Source: Macrostomum lignano (Eukaryota). From it: a stretch of 64,000 nucleotides of DNA. The notes under the pieces were generated by a model. It was given only the letters and a program-made list of their open reading frames with translations. It ran no database searches and was not told the DNA's origin. Positions 23,005 to 34,204 of this stretch are shown here, piece by piece. The translations under genes and the position numbers were made by a program. The stretch lies in contig NIVC01000082.1 in assembly GCA_002269645.1 (NCBI GenBank), forward strand, positions 477,199 to 541,198. The letters run 5' to 3'. How positions within the stretch are numbered: the stretch's first letter is position 1; every line of letters starts with the position of its first letter.

Positions 23005-23569
23005 CGAGCGTTTAAGGACAAGCTTAGGGCCAGTAATTCAGGGAATTAAAGCTATTCAACTCGTTTGCTTCTGTCTGTTTACTTATTTACCGAGTCGTGA
23101 TTTGAAATGTGAGTAGTACATGTAACTGCGCCGGTCGCAGGGCATGGAATAGAAGCTGAGGATCAGAGTGGAAGATCACCGAGTATGAGCCGAATTTTAC
23201 CAAATAATCATAGCAGTAACACTGCTTCTAAATAAGTCCCCGTAGAATGTGCACCACGAGAGAGCTCTGTGACCTGTACTTCCTCATCCCCTGCTGCATC
23301 GAACCCATCTGGGAGGAGACATTAAGATGGCGTTACCTATTATCCACCCTAGGGATCCTGAGGCTTACGCGGATATTTTAGTATAGAATTATCGCTCACC
23401 AGCTAGAAGATCCCCCATGCAAAAGTGACCCTCGTTTCCAGCACTGACTAGACTGTCCCTTGTATGCCTCACATAGAGTCCCTCAATCGGCCATCTCTAG
23501 CACAGTTGGGTCAAGAACCTTCGTCTGTTATACAGACCGGGAGTCCCCATCTCGCTTAGTGGGATTTTT

Positions 23570-23772
23570 ACCGGGTGCACTTCTGCACAGGTGACTGGTG
23601 GCGGCCAGACGAAGAACCCGGGCCTGCGCTGTATGGATAATGGGATCTTAGCCTCAACGTCAGCTACCGCACCATCCAGAGGTGAACAAATTCTGGGGAC
23701 GTGGCCTGGTGGCTGAGCCTTGACAGCGCCAGAACGCAGGGGTTGTCACAGGTTTTTCCATGCAGCCCGGGT
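23570..23772. repeat. Dispersed ~210-bp repeat, copy 2
   Basis: Homologous to 15611-15834. Confidence 0.85.
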
Positions 23773-24239
23773 TACGTCAGAAGCTTTAACTACCGGTAGT
23801 CGAAGAAGACTCTTCGAAATTTAGAAATTTGCATGTAACAGGTAGCGAAGCACTTTTCCTGCAATAATTCAAGTGTAGGGTGTCAAGAAAATACTAATAT
23901 AAAATTGCCTTAACTAAGGTTTTTCAACTTAATTGTGTACAATTTGGCGTGCGTGCATTGACAACTACAGTTTATATCAATATTACACGTTATACAGTTG
24001 GGTTCGCGAGGAAAGGCTCAAATCTCGCGAGATCTCGCGAGGGGTCTCGCGAGAATCTGTGTGTAACTCGTTCGTCATTGGCTGAGCCATTAACTGGGGA
24101 GAGTAAGATTGAGCGCTGTTTGAGGTGGGTTGTTTATTGAGGTTGCCCGCTTTTTCGGCGTCCACCTTAACAGTTTCTCATAGTTTTTTATGGCAAACCC
24201 TTTCTTGTTTTTCCCCATCGAAAATACATTGTCTGACAC

Positions 24240-24414
24240 CAGGGGCGGATCCAGAGGGGGGCCAAGGGCCAAGGGGGCCATGGCCGCGGCCAAAGAAATT
24301 TTGATCATACTTTTTTGGCCTGCTACTATGCCAGGTCTACTTTCCAATATGGGGTTGTAGTGTTTGGTATATCTATAGTTGCCCCCCCTCAAAAATTTTC
24401 TGGATCCGCGCCTG
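24240..24414. mobile_element. hAT-family MITE nested in the Tc1 element
   Basis: TIRs CAGGGGCGGATCCAG / CTGGATCCGCGCCTG and a perfect 8-bp TSD TCTGACAC (24232-39, 24415-22). Confidence 0.9.
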
Positions 24415-25789
24415 TCTGACACAGCTAATAGGAAGACTAACAGCAATTTCACGAAGCTTGCAAATGGAGATTGGACGTCGCCTGACGGACAAGCAACGTA
24501 TTGATCTCCTGTCAAAGTTTTACTTAGAGAAAAGAAGTGTAGCTGAAATTAGTAGCGAAATTCAGGTCTCCCGGCGTGCCATCAGGCGCCATCCTACTCT
24601 GTCAAGGACAAAAATTAGCAAGGATAAATCTCTGCCCCGAAAATGGGGGCTTCATCGATGCGCTGCTTGACGCCACTAATGGCCAAGTTTCAGCTCAAGA
24701 CTTGTGCAATAGGGTGAGATTAAAGTTTGGTTTGCGCCTTTCTATCTGCACAATGAAGAGAATTCGGCGACTGCTGGGTTGGGTTCGAACAACAACACAG
24801 TATTGCCAGATGATCAAGTTGAAAAGCAACCCATTCGGCTATTCTGTGGAGCCACCTCAAGGATCATCTGGAAAAGAAGATCAAGCCAAAGACGGAACAA
24901 GCACTGGCCGATGGAATTGAAGAATTCTGGAAGCTACTGGCTGTTCAGATGTGCAACAAATCTATAGATAATATTTTTCCGTACTGCCCTCTGTCATGTT
25001 ACAGTCAGGACTTCCCTCAGGATTTTAAGCTTGTTTGCCTGCTTCTTGTTTGTAACACGGGGACTCTCAGCTACGCTCGTAGTTTGCTCGGTGCGGGGCC
25101 ATGGGGTGGGTGTTCTCGGAGCTAAGGCACCCTCTTGTTGGTGTATACCGACAGGCAGTTTTACTACCCAGTCCTATTAGCCGGTTTGAGGCAAAGCAAG
25201 CTATGATGCTCGCCCTTCTCCATTTCAATCCTTCACCAGGGTGAGTCATTTATTTGTCCACAGAGCCTCTATTTTACGATAGTCCGAATAAAGTATTCTA
25301 ATAGTCCGAAGTCAGCCAAGCCTCTTATTCTCTGAACAAATGGGGAATGGGGATCAAACTATAACAGTCTACTGCAAATACCGTGCTCCATGGTTCAGAC
25401 TTTGGGACTTCGAAAAGGTGGGCGGGGTGGCTGTCAATTCAAGCTTGAATGAGCAGAGTTAATTTATGGTCACTGTCGTCAAGCCCCTTTTCTCCTTATG
25501 CGCATTGATTGTGACTAGTTGTGGATCGTTACACACAAGCCAACCCTATAGAGTAACTTTTTTTTCAATTTAGGCCTACTGGTACGATTGAAAAGCAGAC
25601 TATAGTCTAAATAACTGACTGGCTTGCATCGTGATAAAAATATATTTATAACAGCTCACCTTAAAAGTCACATATCGTCATCTTTTGTCAGTCTTTTTCA
25701 GTTCCAACTTTTGGCCTATTGTTTCGGTTTGTATAGCGATAAAAACAGCACGCAAAGAACTCACTATAATGACTTAGCTTGCAAATAAC

Positions 25790-26772
25790 TTCAATCACTC
25801 ACTCACTCACTCACACTCACCCACTCACTCACACTCACTCACTCGCTCACACTCACCCACTCGCTCACACTCACCCACTCGCTCACACTCACTCACTCGC
25901 TCACACTCACTCACTCACACTCACTCACTCACTCACACTCACCCACTCGCTCACACTCACTCACTCGCTCACACTCACTCACTCACACTCACCCACTCAC
26001 TCACACTCACCCACTCGCTCACACTCACTCACTCGCTCACACTCACTCACTCGCGCTCACACTCACCCACTCGCTCACACTCACTCACTCACACTCACTC
26101 AGTCGCTCACAATCACCCACTCGCTCACACTCACTCACTCACACTCACTCACTCGCTCACACTCACCCACTCGCTCACACTCACCCACTCGCTCACACTC
26201 ACTCACTCGCGCTCACACTCACCCACTCGCTCACACTCACTCACTCACACTCACTCAGTCGCTCACAATCACCCACTCGCTCACACTCACTCACTCACAC
26301 TCACTCACTCGCTCACACTCACCCACTCGCTCACACTCACCCACTCGCTCACACTCACTCACTCGCTCACACTCACTCACTCACACTCACTCACTCACTC
26401 ACACTCACCCACTCGCTCACACTCACTCACTCGCTCACACTCACTCACTCACACTCACCCACTCACTCACACTCACCCACTCGCTCACACTCACTCACTC
26501 GCTCACACTCACTCACTCGCGCTCACACTCACCCACTCGCTCACACTCACTCACTCACACTCACTCAGTCGCTCACAATCACCCACTCGCTCACACTCAC
26601 TCACTCACACTCACTCACTCGCTCACAATCACCCACTCGCTCGCACTCACTCACTCACACTCACTCAGTCGCTCACAGTCATTCACTCGCTCACACTTAC
26701 TCTCTCACTCGCTCACACTCACTCACAGTCACTCACTCGCTCACACTCACTCTCTCACTCGCTCACACTCAC
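25790..26772. repeat. Compound (CACT/CACA/CGCT)n microsatellite
   Basis: Directly visible; produces the spurious 361-aa T/H/S/L ORF. Confidence 0.97.
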
Positions 26773-27431
26773 GAAGTTCGAGATTGGGTTTTAAGTTAAG
26801 CTTTCTTATTTTAGGTGTATATTGTAAAACATTTTGTTTTACAAGACGAACTGTCGGCAGATGAATGAACTGGAAACCCTTGACGGTGCACACTATATTA
26901 TCCCTCCATTGTCATGTTGCTCACTACTTATTTTGTAATTAACATTGTAAACTGCATAAAAAACGCAAATTTTTCACTTCGCTGGAATTAATGAATTTTT
27001 ACATTAATGTTAACATCAAAGTACTCATTGCTGTTATTCAACAAAAATCTCAAAATTCTAATTTAAAATTAATTGTATAACGATTACGAGAATCTTAGTA
27101 TGCAACTTTCTAGGCAACAATTTTCACTGCTTTGAGACGATTTATATAACTACACTCCGAAATATATCAAGCAAATCTCTGTGAGCTCGTACGAGCCCTG
27201 GACCCCCCATTTCGCACACCATGCATGCACCAACCCCAATTATCCCCATGGGGTTTTCTCTCTCGATTCAGCCTACAAGCTCAATAAACGCTCAGCCAAT
27301 GGAGAGAGAGTTACACACAGATTCTCGCGAAATCTCGCGAGGGTCTCGCGAGATTTGAGCCTTTCCTCGCGAACCAAACTGTATATACGTTACGTAAAAA
27401 ATATTATGTCCTCGCTTAAGTAATTTAACTG

Positions 27432-28045
27432 CAGGGGCATCGCCATCTCCATGGATTTTATGGTGGGGGGGGGTTAAAGCCAAGAATTCAACATGTACAT
27501 GGCTAAATTCCTACATTTTCATTATTTTGAGAATCGTGTCGACAGAGCTCCTTTTGGCGCCGCAGGCACTCCTTTTGGCGCCGTAGGGTGCACTCCTTTT
27601 GGCGCCGCAGGCACTCGTTCTGGCGCCGCAGGCACTCCTTTTAGCACTTCAGGCACTCATTTTGGCACCGCAGGCTGCACTTCTTCTGGCGCCGCAGGCA
27701 CTCCTATTAGCGCCGCAGGCACTCCTTTTAGCACCGCAGGCACTCCTTTTAGATCCGTAGGCAGTCCTTTTAGTGCTTCAGGCACTCATCCTGGCGTCGC
27801 AGGCACTCATTCTGGCGCCGTAGGCACTCATTCTGGCGCCGCAGGCATTCATTCTGGCGCCGCAGGCACTCATTCTAGCGCCGCAAGAACTTATTTTGGA
27901 GCCGAAGGCCCTTTGGTGCCCTCAAGAAAATAAAGATTACCACAACGGGTCACAAGGTGGGGTGGGGACAAAGCATTGGTGTGTCCCCCATAGCTTTACT
28001 GGAGGGGACATGTCCCCCCCTGTGCCCCTGGTGGCGACGCGCCTG
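27432..28045. mobile_element. hAT-like MITE carrying a 21-bp tandem array (27549-27900)
   Basis: Imperfect TIRs CAGGGGCATCGCCA / TGGCGACGCGCCTG, unit ggcgccgcaggcactcctttt. No TSD found. Confidence 0.55.
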
Positions 28046-28575
28046 TATCTGTGCGTGTACTTGTAAATGGGCTAAAGTCTCTCTACCAGCAAATTTCGTG
28101 TCAGTGCAGTCCACAGAGACAATGTAATATCTGTTATATAGTACCTGTGGCGCAGTCTACTACTTCTTAGGGCGGGCAAAATTCTCGGCAAGCATTTAGC
28201 GTGCCCGCTTTCAGTTTTAATAATATATTTTATGTAGTTGAGCTAAAAAAATAGTAAAAAAACAAACAGTACAGTAAATAACTAGCTGTATATTGCCTTT
28301 TGCCAAGTGACGTATTTGTATCCCCATAGCTACCAATGGGAGCTACCAATGGGAAGCTACCAATCCTTGCTAAGGCATGGATTCCCGTAGTATACGTACT
28401 ACAGTAACAACGTATATAGCGATCGTAGTAGCTATACCGTTTGCTCCAGTCATGGCAGTCTATGGCTAGAAAGTCATCGGCCACGTCTCGGCACAATTAA
28501 AGAAGGTAAGTTTTTTAATAATAATTAAATAACTCATTGCCGTAAGTTTCATACAAAAATTGAATTTATAATAAA

Positions 28576-30273
28576 ATGACTCGCAAGTCTAAAACGCTCG
28601 ACTGCCGGGAGACACTGCAACGAAAACGATGTGAGTAATTTGATTAACGATCGAGTATGTAGCTTTCTTTAAAAATTATCAATTACTCCTAAACATAAAC
28701 TTGTAATTTTTGACGAGACAGCAGGTAACAGTCCAGAGAGTCTGCGGCCGAGTAGAGATGCGTCTAATGTCGACCACTGGCTTAATCAGAATGTTGAGCA
28801 GCGGTCTACTGACTCGGAAGAGAATAGAAATGCCTTTATGTGGGATCAGCTGTCTCAAGTGCCGCAGTTGCTGCACTCTAGTAAGTGATTTTTTATGTCT
28901 ACATATATTTACATGTAAATAAAGCTGCAATATTTTTATGTTACACTGAAGCTGAAACACAATTTTAGCTGCAGTGTAACATACTCTATTAAAATCAAAG
29001 CTGAGTGACTCAATGTACACTGACTGAAGCCGCAACAACCACCCCAATCTTATCTCCATTCTATTCAAATCAAAGCTGGGTGACTCAATACACTAACTGA
29101 AGCCGCAACAACCAACCCAATCTTATCTCCATTCTATTCAAACCAAAGCTGAGTTAGTCAATGTGCACTGACTGAAGCCGCAACAACCATCCCAATCTTA
29201 TCTCCATTCTATTCAAATCAAAGCTGGGTGACTCAATAAACTGACTGAAGCCGCAACAACCACCCCAATCTTATCTCCATTCTATTCAAATCAAAGCTGG
29301 GTGACTCAATACACTAACTGAAGCCGCAACAACCAACCCAATCTTATCTCCATTCTATTCAAACCAAAGCTGAGTTAGTCAATGTGCACTGACTGAAGCC
29401 GCAACAACCACCCCAATCTTATCTCCATTCTATTAAAACCAAAGCTAAGTTAGTCAATGTGCACTGACTGAAGCCGCAACAACCACCCCAATCTTATCTC
29501 CATTCTATTAAAACCAAAGCTAAGTTAGTCAATGTGCACTGACTGAAGCCGCAACAACCACCCCAATCTTATCTCCATTCTATTAAAACCAAAGCTAAGT
29601 TAGTCAATGTGCACTGACTGAAGCCGCAACAACCACCCCAATCTTATCTCCATTCTATTAAAATCAAAGCTGGGTGACTCAATACACTGACTGAAGCCGC
29701 AACAACCACTCCAATATTTTCTTTATCTTATTAAAAATTAAAAATCAAGGCTAAGTGAGTCAATGTACACTGGAGCCGCAATAACCCCACAATCAGTCAT
29801 TGAAAACTACATGCATTATTTCAGTCTCACTGTTGCGCTTGATCCGCCGAATAAACTGGCTGGGCAGCATAATTCTTGTAGTCTACGGTTATCTTTACCG
29901 ACTGCTCGCTAGCACGGATCCAACCGGCACTAAATACGAGTTCTATGATTTTCTAGTCGATTACGGCATGTCGAATTTAATCATCGCCGAAGCGACAATC
30001 TTGGCTAGGACTTACTTTCTAATGCTTCGCTTCCATCGTGTAATGCATCATGTGAAAACCTTCAACGCTAAGTACAGAGAACTCAAAACGTACACATGCC
30101 TTTTTCAAGAGCAAAAGACGGAAGATAAAACCAAAAAATCTGTACTAGTGCACAATACCGACTTTGGCGACTCAAATCTGCACTCAGAGATGCAAAGAGC
30201 GTTGTTGCGATCGGACAAGTATAGAAGCTACATGTACGAAAATAGGGCGGACATTCCTAGCGACGATGATTAA
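28576..30273 (+). CDS. Unknown ~220-aa membrane protein
   Basis: Exons 28576-28630, 28722(or 28725)-28880, 29825-30273, both introns GT-AG phase 1 and frame-consistent. Two hydrophobic segments. No family recognised. Confidence 0.6.
28995..29790. repeat. 73-75-bp minisatellite in intron of the unknown gene
   Basis: About 10 units (actgactgaagccgcaacaaccaccccaatcttatctccattctatt...). Confidence 0.93.
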
Positions 30274-30356
30274 TGGCGTATTACAGCTTACATTTTCATG
30301 TGAAAACTCTCAGGGTTTGGAACTGAAAACAAAAATTATTAGTTAGTTTGGGTCCT

Positions 30357-30810
30357 GAAGAGAGCCCCAGACTAGCCAATAAGAACGAAGCAAACAATCC
30401 GAGTGAGGTGGGTGTCGGAGAGAGCCCCAGACTAGCCAATAAGAATGAAGCAAACAATCCGAGTGAGGTGGGTGTCGGAGAGAGCCCCAGACTAGCCAAT
30501 AAGAATGAAGCAAACAATCCGAGTGAGGTGGGTGTCGGAGAGAGCCCCAGACTAGCCAATAAGAATGAAGCAAACAATCCGAGTGAGGTGGGTGTCGGAG
30601 AGAGCCCCAGACTAGCCAATAAGAATGAAGCAAACAATCCGAGTGAAGTGGGTGTCGGAGAGAGCCCCAGACTAGCCAATAAGAATGAAGCAAACAATAA
30701 GAGTGAGGTGGGTGTCGGAGAGAGCCCCAGACAAGCCAATAGGAACGAAGCAAACAATCCGAGTGAGGTGGGTGTCGGAGAGAGCCCCAGACTAGCCAAT
30801 AGGAACGAAG
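30357..30810. repeat. 60-bp near-perfect minisatellite
   Basis: About 7.5 units gagagccccagactagccaataagaatgaagcaaacaatccgagtgaggtgggtgtcgga. Confidence 0.97.
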
Positions 30811-31364
30811 CTAGCTCGTACGTAACAATCTGAGTGAGAAAGGATGATAAAAAGCAAAGCTCTATCTGTTAAAGACTCTTGTTTAACTTTTCATGTTGAA
30901 GTTCGCGTATTCCGTCAATAGGAAAAATGCGAAAATGTATTGAATTAACTAAAATCATTACTTTAATTATATTTAATGAAAGTCCAATCTCCGAAATCAA
31001 TTCCACAGCAATCCAGTAGTAATCTTTAATTAGTAGCACCAAAGCGCGTCAATACAAAAATCAACACGAGTATGTAAATGCGTACGAACGTCATCATATA
31101 AAGGACAAAAAAATATAACTTGAAAAAATTCGTTCGTAAATTACATATTTTATGCTACACTTAGCTAAAATGTCTCTAAAGTTAACTTTATCATTGAATA
31201 ATTTAAAAAAATAACATTGGCGCATAACAAAGAACCCAAAAATCACATGATCTTAATGTACTACCTCTGGCCAATCAAATGACACTACTAACACTTTTAT
31301 CTCCCCTCAGCTAATCACAATATACTAAACCTCTAAGGTATGTCTGTCTTCAGATAATACTAAA

Positions 31365-32025
31365 CCTCTTCTCTCTCCCCAGCCAATCAAATGACACTAA
31401 ACCTCTTCTCTCTCTCCCCAGCCAATCAAATGACACTAAACCTCTTCTCTCTCTCCCAGCCAATCAAATGACACTAAACCTCTTCTCTCTCTTCCCAGCC
31501 AATCAAATGACACTAAACCTCTTCTCTCTCCCCAGCCAATCAAATGACACTAAACCTCTTCTCTCTCTCCCCAGCCAATCAAATGACACTAAACCTCTTC
31601 TCTCTCTCCCCAGCCAATCAAATGACACTAAACCTCTTCTCTCTCTCCCCAGCCAATCAAATGACACTAAACCTCTTCTCTCTCTCCCCAGCCAATCAAA
31701 TGACACTAAACCTCTTCTCTCTCTCCCCAGCCAATCAAATGACACTAAACCTCTTCTCTCTCCCCAGCCAATCAAATGACACTAAACCTCTTCTCTCTCT
31801 CCCCAGCCAATCAAATGACACTAAACCTCTTCTCTCTCTCCCCAGCCAATCAAATGACACTAAACCTCTTCTCTCTCTCCCCAGCCAATCAAATGACACT
31901 AAACCTCTTCTCTCTCTCCCCAGCCAATCAAATGACACTAAACCTCTTCTCTCTCTCCCCAGCCAATCAAATGACACTAAACCTCTTCTCTCTCTCCCCA
32001 GCCAATCAAATGACACTAAACCTCG
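31365..32025. repeat. 38-40-bp minisatellite (cagccaatcaaatgacactaaacctcttctctctctccc)
   Basis: About 16 units. Confidence 0.97.
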
Positions 32026-32146
32026 TCTATCTCGTCTAGATAACAACAAGCTCTTATGCCCTTTAACAGACTATTAAGTAACGCATTAAAAGAAGTAAAT
32101 ATTCGAGAAATTCGCCATACGCACAGTGCAGACACCAGGTATTCCA

Positions 32147-34204
32147 TCAAAGTTTGTTCGTCCTAGCTAATCGCCAGACATCGCCGTCCAGACATTCAAC
32201 GATGCCTTCGTCGGCTAGAAACTTTAACGCCTGACCAAGATTGCGCAGGGCGCCCATTCGCAGAGCGGGGTCCGTGACCTCCGGGTACACAGTGTCCACC
32301 AGAGCCTCCGGCGTGGCGCCTGAAGGTCCAGCTTTGGCTACAGCGGTTTGCACCTGGGAGAGGCGTTAGAGTTTGAAGACGATAGGTATCAAAAAACATC
32401 ACGGTGTAGTTTATAGGTCGAGCTACGTCGTTTAAAGGATCAGTTTGATAAATCAAGTGGCGCACCTGATTAATTCTCTGCATCCTGTGCTCAACGTATT
32501 CGTTCAGCTTATCAGCTGGTTGCTCAATGACGTCACCGTGAGCCGAGTACATGACTCGAATGTCAGGCAGGGTCTGCATGAGACGCAGGGAGCGCATGTA
32601 GCCGGTGAGGTCCTCGAATACGCCGCTGCCATGACCGAGGACAGAGTCGCCACAGAACAGTGCGGACTCGGTCGGATAGAGCAGGCACAGGTGATCGTCT
32701 GTGTGTCCCGGCGTGTGCAGCACCTGCGTGGTCACGGGTGCGAGTGTACTTTTAGCTGAGTGGCCCAGCAACTGATCTGGGAGGCTGTCCCATCAACTGA
32801 CAGTCTGGAAGGCTGGCCCAGCAACTGAGGATCTGAGAGAATGGCCCAGCAACTGAGGATCTGAGAGAGTGGCCTAGCAACTGAGGATCTGAGAGAGTGG
32901 CCTAGCAACTGAGGATCTGAGAGAGTGGCCTAGCAACTGAGGATCTGGGAGAGTGGCCCAGCAACTGAGAATTTGGGAGAGTGGCCCAGCAACTGAGAAT
33001 TTGGGAGAGTGGCCCAGCAACTGAGGATCTGAGAGAGTGGCCCAGCAACTGAGGATCTGAGAAAGTGGCCCTAGACATCGCAAGTTCACCAAGCAGCCGC
33101 ACCTTCAGCTGCACTTCGCCGCACTGCAGCAGGTCACCATCTCGCAGGTTGTGAAACACCAGGCCGTCAGTGTGGGGCGGCTGCGGATGCGTCAGCGAGG
33201 GAAACTTGTGCACAGTGGCGTAGGCGGCGCTTTCAGTCCACAGCATCTGCTGAAGCGCCACAGCGCTGCCACCGTGATCGGGGTGCCAGTGAGTGAGCAC
33301 CAACTTATCCACGGTGCAGCGCTCTTCCCGCAGCACCTTATTTTGATTGGGAAAATAAAATGTAAGTGCGATTTAGTGCCGAATATTGAGAGTCCTATTT
33401 TAGTCCCGAGTATTGAGAGTCCCATTCTAGTCTTGAGTATTGAGAGTCCCATTCTAGTCCCGAGTATTGAGATTCCCATTCTAGTCCCGAGTATTGAGAG
33501 TCCCATTTTAGTCCCGAGTATTGAGAGTCCCATTCTAGTCCCGAATATTAGAGTCCCATTCTAGTCCCAAATATAAAGAGTCCCATTCTAGTCCCGAATA
33601 TTTAGAGTCCCATTCCAGTACCAAATATTAAGGGTCCCATTCTAGTCCCGAGTATTGAGAGTCACATTATAGTTCCGAATATTGAGAGTCCCGTTCTAGT
33701 CCCGAGTATTGAGAGTCCCATTCTAGTCTCGAATATTGAGAGTCCCGTTCTAGTCCCGAGTATTGAGAGTTCCATTCTAGTCTCGAATATTGAGAGTCCC
33801 ATTCTAGTCCCGAGTATTGAGAGTCCCATTCTAGTCTCGAATATTGAGAGTCCCATTCTAGTCTCGAATATTGAGAGTCCCATTCTAGTCCCGAATGTTG
33901 AGAATCCTATTTTAGTCCTAGATAAGAGTCCCATTCTAGTCCCGAATATTGAGAGTCCCATTCTAGTCCCAAATATTGAGAGTCCCATTCAAGTCCCGCC
34001 ACTCTAACATACCTGGCGCACTAAGTCAATATACTCTGGCTTATCTGGACTGCTGGTGTCAATCATTAAGCGCTTGGCTCCAGTGCCAATTAAATAACAA
34101 TTAGTACCTTGTAGAGTAAATGGGCTTGGATTTTGGCCAAGAATGCGGATTATTGAACTTGATAGGCGCTGTATGTCAGCTAGCTTAGGTAGCATTGCTG
34201 CCAT
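32147..34204 (-). CDS. LACTB2: Endoribonuclease LACTB2 (metallo-beta-lactamase fold), 296 aa
   Basis: Exons 34204-34013, 33336-33103, 32723-32466, 32353-32147, all phase 0 GT-AG. Motifs LGQNPSPFTLQGTNCYL, THWHPDHGG, TPGHTDDH, FCGDSVLG, AHG. Confidence 0.93.
32812..33062. repeat. 28-bp minisatellite in LACTB2 intron 2
   Basis: gagagagtggcccagcaactgaggatct units. Confidence 0.95.
33385..33990. repeat. 27-bp minisatellite in LACTB2 intron 1
   Basis: gagagtcccattctagtcccgagtatt units. Confidence 0.95.

Larger units (their letters stand above)
23995..27381 (+). mobile_element. Tc1/mariner (IS630-type) DNA transposon, defective
   Basis: TA|CAGTTGGGTTCGCGAGGAAAGGCTCAAATCTCGCGAGA...ACTG|TA with ~90-bp TIRs. 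HTH/transposase remnants 24460-24830 (LRLSICTMKRIRRLLGWVRTTTQYCQMIK). Confidence 0.85.

Noticed and set aside
25360-25412. ~55-bp segment repeated inverted at ~40622-40680
   Set aside because: Real similarity but too short to classify; probably a common transposon fragment.
25779-26864. 361-aa T/H/S/L ORF
   Set aside because: Microsatellite translation.
30296-30833. 161-aa repeat ORF (ESPRLANKNEANNPSEVGVG)n
   Set aside because: A 60-bp array open in several frames, no ATG, and located after the upstream gene's stop. No positive coding evidence.
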